DNA of 59,696 nt, counting the filler, from Sphacelaria rigidula (lineage: Eukaryota): assembly GCA_964200075.2 (NCBI GenBank). It is 7 parts of 7 records of this genome, joined end to end, with 100 filler letters (N's around TTAATTAATTAA, not from the genome) between each part and the next. Parts side by side here need not be neighbours in the genome. Positions count along the whole stretch, not along the records: positions 42,713 to 51,154 come from CAXNAA020011118.1; positions 51,255 to 59,696 come from CAXNAA020011119.1; 5 more parts are not named here. One strand, 5' to 3'. The notes beneath the pieces are model-generated. The model was not told the origin of the DNA. It ran no database searches and was given only the letters and a program-made list of their open reading frames with translations. How positions within the stretch are numbered: the first letter of the stretch is position 1; each line of letters opens with the position of its first letter. A program made the translations under genes and the position numbers. This document shows, one piece after another, positions 49,900 through 59,696 of the stretch.

Positions 49900-50732
49900 A
49901 TTGGGAATGTACCCACTCAAACAAATAAAGACATGATGAAATTGAAATTACAACATAACGTAAGGAACATGCCAAGAAAAATATTGACAGCTATAGTTGA
50001 TAGGGCCGTAGGAAGAAAGTGACGGAAGGGCAGGCTGGAATAAGGTAGGATAGCGTAGTCGAGAAAGTACGGAAGGAGATGGGAGGAAACCAAGACGAAA
50101 TACTGTCCATAGGTGAATGTGGCGGGTACAAGGGAACAGTAAGAGACGCATGAAAAAAAGAGAAAGATCACCTGGAGATATACGGAGGTTGAGAGAGTGT
50201 GTAGTGACGAAAACATATTCGCATGGCCCAATGGACCCCGCAAAAAAAAAAAGACCCCGCAAAAAAAAAAGCCTGCGATTTCGGGTGGGCTACCTGAACC
50301 TGCCAGAAAGAAGGAAGAGGTATACCAGTGGTCGAGGGGGGGAAGAAGTAGATCCACAGAATTGCCCGTGTGGTAAAGCAATAGAGAGTAGATATCATAT
50401 CGTGGGAGAATATGAACTATACGAGGAGGAATAAGGTGTGCTAGAGGGAGAAATGTGGGAAGTAAACGAAGGTGGCAAGAAATCGTTTGGTGCATTAGGC
50501 AAGTAGCGAAAAAACAATGGCTATACTAGGAGATGGATGGTGGCCAGAGACGGCGAAACAGGACGGGGATAAGATATGTAAAAGGTCTTGCGTAATGTAT
50601 GGAAGAAACGTGGTGAGCGCCGGATTATTGGAAATGTCGCTACTGGGAGTAGGAACGGTGCTCTGTGTCGAAGGAGGTGCGTGGTCAATGGTTAAACGAC
50701 TAAGGCAAGCAACAAATGAGTACACCCCCCCT
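49900..50732 (+). mobile_element. Degenerate LINE 3' fragment (post-RT CCHC zinc-finger region and 3' UTR with C-rich tail)
   Basis: LRFRVG.L.LPERRKRY...NCPCGKAIESRYHIVGE(Y)ELY is a typical non-LTR ORF2 C-terminal C..C...E...H...EC. A truncated second copy of the tail exists. The 5' boundary is approximate. Confidence 0.75.
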
Positions 50733-50745
50733 CCTTCTATTCTCA

Positions 50746-51154
50746 AAACCCGACGTGCTCCATCCCGGCTTTGTAGGGATGCAAGGCCAATGGCCGTATG
50801 ACCACGGCATGCAAGATCTTAAGTACAGCCCTCCCCCACTCTCTTCTCCAAGGAACTCATTTGAGGCTGTCATCCATATGCAAGATATGAGTACGCTTCG
50901 GGCCGAACAGTCTCAGCAGGGTACAGGTCACCCTTCATGCGACGTGCCAAACACTTCACGGCGCTTCGCGCTTAGTGATTGCCAGCCTGGTCCGGGGAAA
51001 ACCCGGCGTGCTCCTTCCTGGCTTTATAGTGATGCAAGATCAATGGTCATACGACTACGACATTCGATATCATGAGTACATCCTCCTCCGGTCTCTTCTC
51101 CAAGCAACTCATTCTAGGCTGTCATCCAAATGCAAGATAATCAGTGGGCTTCGG
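50746..51154. repeat. Tandem duplication or satellite with a ~252-bp unit, truncated by the linker
   Basis: AAAACCCG.CGTGCTCC.TCC.GGCTTT.TAG.GATGCAAG...GGCTGTCATCCA.ATGCAAGATA occurs at 50746 and 50998. Confidence 0.8.
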
Positions 51155-51254
51155 NNNNNNNNNNNNNNNNNNNNNNNNNNNNNNNNNNNNNNNNNNNNTT
51201 AATTAATTAANNNNNNNNNNNNNNNNNNNNNNNNNNNNNNNNNNNNNNNNNNNN

Positions 51255-54200
51255 CTAAACATGCGGGTGATGACCTCCAACCACTCTCCACGGACCAGTC
51301 CACGTCGCCATCAATTTTGGCGTAGCTACCGGGCGACGCACACGTGAATATAAAACGCAATCGCCTACTTCGAAATTCGGTCAGCCCCGACGAAGACCCC
51401 TCACGTCTACGCGCACGTTCAGCTGCAACACGCTCCTGCATTTGAACGTGGAAACGTTCTTGCAAGTCCAGGATTCCTTTCAATGCACGCTTAATTTGAA
51501 CATCGTCCAGAACATCACACTTCCATTCCCCCGCCGACGAGGACGCCAGCACCGAGAAAGACGTCCGAGGGTCACGTCTAAACATCACGTGATACGGCGT
51601 ACTACCGTACCGACGGCGATATGCTGCATTTAGCGCCCATTGCACAGCGGGCAACACGTCCACCCACTCGGTCACCTCTCGACACTGCTCGAGAAGAATT
51701 GAGCGAAGAGCACGAACTACTCCCTTTACCATGCGTTCGCACGTACCGTTCGACAACGGAGAATACGCTACCGCAAACCAATGATCAACGCGCAAAGCCT
51801 CTCGCAATCGAGCCGAGATCGCATTCTTGAAATGCTTGGCGGTATCACTCACCCACACACGGGGCACCCCCAAAGTTTTGCACCGGTTCAGCAAAGACGT
51901 AGCAATCGATTCAGCAGTGGTACATACGGCTACTGGTTCCAGAGCCACAAAATTTCTCAAATCATCCATGATTACCAAAATGTATCGGAACCCCGCATCC
52001 TCCGACAAACCTTGGGAAGCTAGCGGGCCACTCTCGCCCACGTGTAAGAAGTCAAAATGAACGACTTCATTCGGCGTGGTCCCATGGACCGTTTCGCCGA
52101 ACGGGCGGGGAACAAAACCGCCCGCCCTGGAGTCAGCACAGTGAAGACACTGGCGGACAAATTCGCGCACATTAGTTTTTATCCCCTGCCAGACACGAAA
52201 CTCTTGCAAGCGCACGAGCGTCGCAGCCACACCACGATGTCCGGCATCGCGCATGTGCGCACAAATCATCAAACGTACCTGCAACTGCTTGTCAGAACTC
52301 GGAATCCACAAAACGTTTCGGCCACGCACATGCACACGAAACAGACCTTCATTGTCCAAGATAGCAGTACCAACGTCCGACTCGAAAGATTGCACATCCG
52401 CATCTTCGGCCCCAAGGTCTTTTCGTTGCACTTGGCGGACAACAGATTTAGACGGCATCGAGTCATCAGGTTCGCACGGACCATACACAGCCACAGCGCG
52501 CGTAGGCAAAGTGGGAATATTCACCCAGCGCGATAGCAAGTCACCCCACGCTTTACGCTCACCCGAAATATGACAAATCGTGTAACGATGCTGTCCTAAT
52601 ACACCTTTCCACCCCTCCAATCGCTGTGCCAACGCCTTCGATATAGACGTTACGCATGCCTGCAGGTTGAAAATGTACGCTGGATTTCGGGGATCCGTTT
52701 AAATGTGTACACCGTTCCACAATAAATGCTCAAGACGACGAAAAGTGCTCACGATAGCAAAATCTTCCTCGTCAATTTTTTCCCAACGCATCTGTAAATC
52801 CTTAAAATAACCACTCAGAAAAGCCGGCGGTTCATGCGTCATGTCTTCGACCGGCAACCGTTGTTGCATTCTTGCATCAGGCACCTGCGTTACACAACTA
52901 CCCCAATGGCACTGAAATGCATCCGGAAACATTGACACCTGACAATCTGGACAAGGATGGAACAGCGTTACTGCATCAGCCACCAGATCCTTCGCTGCCC
53001 CCCACGCCTGCAGCCTGCCCTCCGTCCACGATGCAACCTTCTTCGGAAACGCATTATCCAGACTGGAATCGTACACTCCGTCACATTAATACGTTGCCTC
53101 GATGCGGTGATGACCTGCCGCGCCCCGAGCGAAAACGGAATTCGGATTTGCTCACCGGGGAGCAGACGCTCCAGCATCTCCACAATTACCACTGACATTC
53201 TCGTGAAGTGGGCGCCTGAATCCAACACAGCTTTGACCGAAATCGCTCTCCGCGCCCGTTGATCGGGAAGATATAACTCGGCAGGGACATAATTGTCTTG
53301 GTCCTCGACCGGCACCTGCTCCACCGACTGATTGTTCGTAATCCCCACTTGACGCCACGGCTGCGCTCGCGGCGCAGGCATAGACGCCCCCGCTGGGGTC
53401 ACCGGCACCGCCGGCGGGTACGAAGCTCCGCCCGCAGAACCAAATTGCAGCGGTACCCCGGCCGGCGCAGCAGCGGATTCAAATTTAGCTGAAAACCGGC
53501 CGGCTCCGCAGCCGGCGTCTCGCCTTGCTCTGCTGCCGGCGGCGCCGGCACCGAGCCCGACACTAGAGAGGTGGGTCCCACCTGCGCCGTCCGTTGCGGA
53601 GCAGCAGCCCCTGCGGCTGAACCGAAACCAGAACCGGACCCCTGCTGACGCCGCTGCCCCTGCTGCTGCTGCTGCTGCTGCTGCTGGGAAGTCGACTGTG
53701 CACCTCCACCGCTGGAGGATCCGCCACCGCCGCCGCCGCGACTACCTCGTATTTTCCCCTTGTAAGGGCGCGCGGCACTCGTCTTCCCAGACTCCGGCGT
53801 TTGGCAATTTCGTGCGATATGACCGACCTGGCCACACTGAAAACCAGTAAAATTGGAGGCGGAACTGCCTGCGGATTTTGGTCCGCGGTTACGCAGGCTC
53901 CAAGACTGTGGCGATGAAGTGGATGATTTTCCGAACACTTCGACCCGCCGCCATGCCTGAGCTTCGGCCACCACCGTATCCATGACTAAATACGGGTCCG
54001 ACTTCCAATTTGTCTCGTGCTGTAACTGTACCAGCACGGTCTGCTTAAATTCCGCCGGGGCCAGACCCTCCACCATCACTTTAGTAACCACCGCAGCGGG
54101 CCCTGGGCCAAATTTCCCATCGGACGAACGATAAATCATCTCTACGTTGGGATTTTCAGCAAAATACGTTTCCAACTTACCCATCATGGGCTCCACCTTC

Positions 54201-55170
54201 TCACGCATGGTCCTCCCCTTGTGGTTCATTGCGACAGCCTTTGCCACTGCCCCGGACGCCGGAGTAAGCTCTACCTCCGCGCCTGCCGCATGCCCTGCGT
54301 GCTTCTTTATCGCTGTGGCCAACTGCAGCGGCGTTGTGGTATGCTTTTCATGGAACCGCCTCGCGAAGACGCGCTATATGGGTGTTGGTATTAAGTGCGC
54401 CATCGAAACCACCTGATGCCTCACCGCACCCCCTGCATTCGCATGCTCCACCCTCCTTTTGTATTTCAAGCAGTTCGTGTCAAACGATCTGAAGGCACCC
54501 TCAGAATACAAACTCCCCTAACTGGGCGGCCGCAACTCTTCCCTTAGAACGACTGGGGTTACGGTTGTTTCCGCTGGCTCTATTACCAGGACCTCCGTGG
54601 TCGACATTCTTGAGCGGAAAATCGAAGATTTCTTAAAACCTCCTCGAACTTCAGATCACCTGCTGTCTTCGCCACTCCAACACAGCCCTGGGGTCGTATA
54701 AACACCCGCTGTACGCAGCGTCAGCAAGTCTCCAGTCTGGATCAATCACGGGCCAGCCGCCTTTGCAGCTGCCTCAGCTTGAAGCCTCCTCACGCGTCCG
54801 TGAAGCCCTGTGCCCCGAAGCTAATCACTAGTTTTCAATACTTTCCCTGCTAAACGTTTTAGCAGTCTCAAACGATAGCATCTACTAGCACGCCAGCACT
54901 AGCACTAATATCGATATTGTGACGCTAGCAGGTTTGCTAGTACTGCAGCGNNNNNNNNNNAGAAGACCATTGTCTAATTTCTTTTTAGTGACTCCCCAGC
55001 TCTTCTGGCCTCAAGGTCTCAGTTGTCAGCCTTTCGGAGTGAAACCCCTGCAGCCCTACACCATCTGGCCCGCTACACAGCAAGGGCCATCATCCACAGG
55101 ATGCCCTTGTCCCCTGACCATCATCCAGGATTCACGATATGCTCAACCGTGTCGGCGTGATTTCGCCACA
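51255..55170 (-). mobile_element. Second RT-less Ty3/gypsy copy: 5' LTR-gag-partial PR-(RT deleted)-RNase H-IN; 3' end cut by the linker
   Basis: LTR 54918-55170 (TGTGGCG...CGTCACA); gag with FQCGQVGHIARNC; LDSG; junction FPKK|VASWTEGRLQAW; 477-aa frame with HHCC, HFDF, VSD and SNGTCER. An extra deletion runs from the protease to the RT stub near 53065. Confidence 0.93.
54918..55170 (-). repeat. 5' LTR (contains a 10-N gap)
   Basis: Shares termini and the core AAGGCTGACAACTGA.AC..TGAGGCCAG....CTGGGGAGTC with 24128-24392, otherwise diverged. Confidence 0.85.
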
Positions 55171-56343
55171 GGGGACAGTCCCATCTCACCTCTGCCATAG
55201 TCTTGCTGAACGTGAGAGTAGGCCGGCCAGCAAGGGGGGGGGGAGGACCCGGCGGTCTCGACCAAGGGAGCATGTCCAACAGCTTGAATCACGAGACACA
55301 CGGCAGTTGCACACGAAAACCATGATCGCAGCCGCAAAAAAGATGCAGCAGTAGGGGCAAGGGGGCAAACAAAGAACGCTGTGAACTGGTTGACCTAGGT
55401 CCAAACTTAATTCCTTGTGAACCGTCACGATCTTTCTCTTTCTCTTCCTCTCTCTCTCTCTCTCTCCCTTTCTCTCTCTTGGGCTACCCTCACAGCTGTG
55501 GAACTCACCGTTGCAGTGAGCATGGTGGGTATGTGCATGTAAATGTGCCGGGCACCTATCATTCGATTGTCACGTCGGCAGCATGCTGGACGGTACAGAC
55601 CAGACTCCAACATACGCGAAAATATCTGCGCCCTGGCTCTACTGTAACGATACGCACACACACGGACCTTGCCCATTCCCGTCAAATTCTGGTGAATAAT
55701 GCTGCAGAATGACTCCGCGACCTGGCAAACGGGGGCGGCGGAGGGCATGTGGGGTCCGAGGTTAACAAAGGAGGCTGCAAGTGCCTACGGAGTGCAAACT
55801 CCTCTTTCGTCAAGCGACCACACACTTGTTCCTCGTGAACTTGCAAATGCGACGCGCATGCTGCGGTACACGCGGGCGTCAGATGCACTGGCTGACGCAG
55901 CACCAAAAACAGCGCAAGGAATTTTCGTTGTTTCATTTTGTAAGCGAAATAGACACACAAATGTTCAATGAACCGAAAATGAACAGAAGGCGATGAACGT
56001 GTGTATTTGAAGCAGGACGAGGCTACATCTCTCAAGATGTCACAGGGGGGGCGCTGTCGTGTAAAAGCACAGCGGAAAATTATCTCTTCAATCTTCGATC
56101 ACCACCCTATTGTGGCAAGGTTCTTTAGCCATCACACTACAGTACAGAGTACTCCCCGGAGGAACAGGATGTGGTTCTGTATGAAGAACAGCCAAGTAAA
56201 AGAATCGGTCCTCAAGCACCATCCAGCTGTTTGGGGGTCTCAAACCATCATACTACAGTAAAGTTCCTCCCAAGTGTTGAATGTATGAGAAACAGGGAAA
56301 CTACCTATTTGCTATGCCCCGGGGCAACTGCACCGGCGTATAC

Positions 56344-56547
56344 CTTTCGTACATCCCGATACATAATGATATGCCGAGCGTGCGGCATCGCCCTCACGAC
56401 AGCCTCCATCACCATGAAGCCGTTGCCCTTGAGATTGAAAGACACCAGGGATGCACCGGCCGTCGCAGCGGACCCACACACCGGCGGGAGAACGGAAAGA
56501 GCCTTGCGCGCCAGCATGACGTCCACGGCACCGCAAACCCCGAATAA
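56344..56547 (-). CDS. Exon of a P-loop sulfotransferase-like protein (LFGVCGAVDVML...NLKG...AMPHARHIIMYRDVRK)
   Basis: cgtag|TTA...AAG|GTATAC; 68 codons, phase 0-0. P.ARHI.MYRD resembles the sulfotransferase 3'-phosphate-binding motif FP.AKFI.L.RD. Confidence 0.6.
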
Positions 56548-57396
56548 CTACGATCGCGCGACGCAAGAAATACAACACGGCGAAGCGGAGAAACACAACG
56601 GGGGATACATGCGTGACTATCTGCAAAGCCAGAACAACGAAAGACATGGAAGACAGTGATGGGAGGAATGTGTGATGTTGGAATATATATATGGCTATCG
56701 TGGCCTGTGTATAAAATACACAGTGTTCAACTGTCAACCTGACAGGAACAATTGGTTCAAATGGTGAACCCAGCTCCAACAAGAGAGCTCGCAGAGGCTA
56801 CACAGTGTTGGTTGAACACGTGCTTGTGCGACGAGAAAAGATAGTAAAACTTGCCACTTCATCCGGGTGTTACTCAGACGAACCACAATCAGTCTCTACT
56901 GCATAGAATACTGATAACAAACTGGGAGGCTAGCTTGAGGTAGGTCGCTTTGGAGAGTAAATAGCGTGGGGCTATTTCACTCTGTCGACAAAACTCTTGA
57001 ACACTGTGAAACTGTTTATCCAAACTGTTGATACCTTAGACGTTTGGTACTCAATCCTTCAATATTCTGACAATATGCTGATTGTTTGTATACGAGCTAT
57101 ACAGTACATGAGTTATTCATTTTTCTACGACGAATATCTCACTACTTTGGTTATTCTTACGACCTTTGTTTCAAAGATGAACCGAAATTGGTTGTACCGC
57201 TAATTTGAGTATGTATATTTGGAACTGTTATTTCTGAAATTTCCAACATGTGATTGATGTTCCTCCTTGACTGGAATGCAACAGATTCTGGGACAATGCT
57301 ATGGTCAAGTTCACATGAGAACAGCGGGTTCGTTTCATATACAAGTGAGTTAAGACGAGAACAACAACAATAACAACAATGACAACAACAACAACA

Positions 57397-57428
<32 letters not shown>

Positions 57429-57626
57429 TACGACGACAGCTCGGCACGGACGCGTAAAGCCCATGAATACAGCTTGCTCGGTTGATGTGATCATTTCACT
57501 TTATCAATCGATCTGGCGTAAGAAATCCCGACGGATAAAACACGTACACAAAATATACAAAAAACGAAACAAATGAAACCCGAAAAAAAAGCACGGTACA
57601 TCTCCATCGACAAAGCCCTCACTCAC

Positions 57627-57722
57627 CTTGCCCACGGTCGCGTCGTCGAACCCTTTCTGGATCTTGAGGTAACCGATCTTTCCAAACCAGTACGGCTCTG
57701 AGAATGACAGCACGCCGACTTT
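57627..57722 (-). CDS. Upstream exon of the same sulfotransferase-like gene (KVGVLSFSEPYWF...ATVGK)
   Basis: ctacag|AAA...AAG|GTGAGT; 32 codons, phase 0, compatible with the next exon. The SEP motif follows the P-loop in this family. Confidence 0.6.
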
Positions 57723-58526
57723 CTGTAGCATCCTGTTATCATGTGCATTTCACAAGTTGCAGGAGCAGACACGCAACGGGCATACAATAAATCACACCAT
57801 GCAGAGTTTAGGCATGCGCGTTGGCACGTCGCTCGCGTGTGAGTCAGGTTGGCTATTCTCACGAACGGTTGTCAGCCTCACGCTAGGTTTGAAAAAAACG
57901 AGGTGGTCCCAGGAAGAAACATGAGGGTCTTTACACCGCTCCTGCTTTCGTCATGCACATTGAGTAAGAAATGGATACAACATGCAGATTGAGGCCCGTA
58001 GCCAGGCGAACGCAACGCTCCGCTCCGAGTCGTGTGGTGATCTCATGTGGCAAAACCACACCCACATCCACCACGGCAAAGAAGAAACCGTCACTATGGC
58101 GCGGACTTTGTTCAGACGATGTAGTCGGCGTACTCTCGCGTTGCAAAGTATCAAACGCCTGCTGCCCTATCGCCGTACGTCACTGCACGTACGTCACTTC
58201 CTACAGGTTGGGGAAACCCCAACTTTCCCTCAATTTTCGGCGAAAAATGGGAGGAAACCGTTCTCAAATCGTGACATCCCGATTATCGCTTTCCCGACTT
58301 GCTCCATGTTGGGGGCCGTAAAATGTGAAATACGATTCCCGATTTGAGGTTCCCGGATTTACGTACAGATCGAGGTTAGTGACTGCCATAAAAACTAGTG
58401 TTACCATCATCACTACTACTAGCACTTTTGTGTGATTATTATTTATGATTATTATCACCATTATCACCATTATCGTCATTACTGTCTATATTATCATTGT
58501 TATTATTGCTGTTACATTACTATTAT

Positions 58527-59400
58527 GAGCAATGCTATGTCCAAGTCGCGACTTGGACATAGCTGATGTTCAAGTCGCGACTTGGAAATAGTTATATCCA
58601 CCCCCAGCTGGGATTTGACTACCCGCCCGCGTTCGTCTCATTTGCCCTGCATCGGCACCACAACACCCGGAACACACTCACACAGCCCGTAGCGATCGCA
58701 CGGTGCGAACAGCTTCGTAGCGGACGAGAAACGCGCCTGCTGCACAGTGCCAAAAAACACCGCCTACCGACTGGAAGTGGACATGAGCTACTATGTCCAA
58801 GTCGCGAGTTGGACATGGCTTATGTCCACCTCCAGCGATTGGAAGATCTGTCCGCGCTCGTCCCATGTGCCTTGCATCGACACCACAGCACCTGGTACAC
58901 ACCCACACAGTCCATAACCACTATTCAAGCCATCGCACGGTGCAAAGGGTCTTGTAGCGGTCGAGAAACGCGCCTCCTGCACAGTGCCAAAAAGACCACC
59001 ACCCGACTGGAGGTGGACATAATCTACCATGTCCAAGTCGCGAGTTGGACATAGCTTATGTCCACCTCAAGCGAGTGGAATACCTGTCTGCGCTCGTCCC
59101 GTGCGTCTTATATCGACACCACAGAAGCTTCAATACACTCACACAGTCCGTAGCCATCGTTGAAGCTATCGTATGGTGCAAACGGCGTCGCAGCGAACGA
59201 GATACGCGCCTGCTACACACAGTGCCAAAAAATACCTCCACCCGACTGGAGTTGGACATCATAAGCTACTGTATGTCCAAGTCCAGCGAGTGGAATACCT
59301 GTCCACGCTCGTCCCATGTGCCTAGTATCGACACCACAGCAGCTGCAATACACCCACAAAGTCTGTAGCCACCGTTCAAGCCATAGTAGGGTGCAAAGGT
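58527..59400. repeat. ~240-bp tandem repeat array headed by a GAGCAATGCTA TIR-like end and a 30-bp perfect palindrome
   Basis: ATGTCCAAGTCGCGA.TTGGACAT recurs at ~58537, 58566, 58793 and 59029, with a truncated copy at 59273. Unit bodies are collinear (CATCGACACCACA..., ACGCGCCTGCTGCACAGTGCCAAAAA). Confidence 0.85.
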
Positions 59401-59696
59401 AAAGCACGCGGGAGCAGTGTCACGACGCTGTAGCTTTCGGGACTAGATATACGACAATACGTGATATAATATATAACACATAATATAAAGTACATAATAA
59501 ATAATATATAATAAATAATATATCATATATCATTTAATATATATAGTAATTTTTACTGTTCACGGCAGCTGATCGTATCCGCCAACGCTTCGGCAATAAA
59601 CTATGGGACACACGGCTGGGTGTTCCCCCCGCCCCCCCTTAATCCCCTCATGTTGTGCGGCGTGGGAGAACCTCAACTCCGCACAATGGGGATGAT

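Noticed and set aside
57931-58154. Additional exon of the sulfotransferase-like gene (also 55682-55845)
   Set aside because: No convincing splice-site pair in a compatible phase and no P-loop motif.

Overview
Eukaryotic, intron-rich and transposon-dense DNA. The gene structure and repeat families look like a brown alga (Phaeophyceae); this is inference, not a database match. The window is not one contiguous locus: seven pieces of 8442-8443 bp (1-8443, 8544-16986, 17087-25528, 25629-34070, 34171-42612, 42713-51154, 51255-59696) are joined by identical 100-nt linkers (44 N + TTAATTAATTAA + 44 N), so nothing can be inferred from neighbourhood across linkers. Host-gene exons include a polyQ low-complexity protein (-), a PX-like-domain protein (+), TDP1 (two exons, +) and a sulfotransferase-like protein (two exons, -). 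There is also a spliced pseudogene with a SAP-like motif. Mobile DNA includes Ty3/gypsy LTR elements and LTRs, hAT-, piggyBac-, Tc1/mariner- and possibly Harbinger-like MITEs, LINE 3' ends, tRNA-like SINE heads and satellites. The main observation is two independent Ty3/gypsy copies (19178-24392 +, chromodomain-bearing; 51255-55170 -, truncated) that share the same in-frame deletion of the whole reverse-transcriptase core while keeping gag, protease, RNase H and integrase. Both also carry a palindrome instead of a tRNA primer-binding site, and their near-identical RH-IN module sits behind much more divergent LTR/gag/protease. This points to an RT-less, integrase-retaining non-autonomous retrotransposon family.
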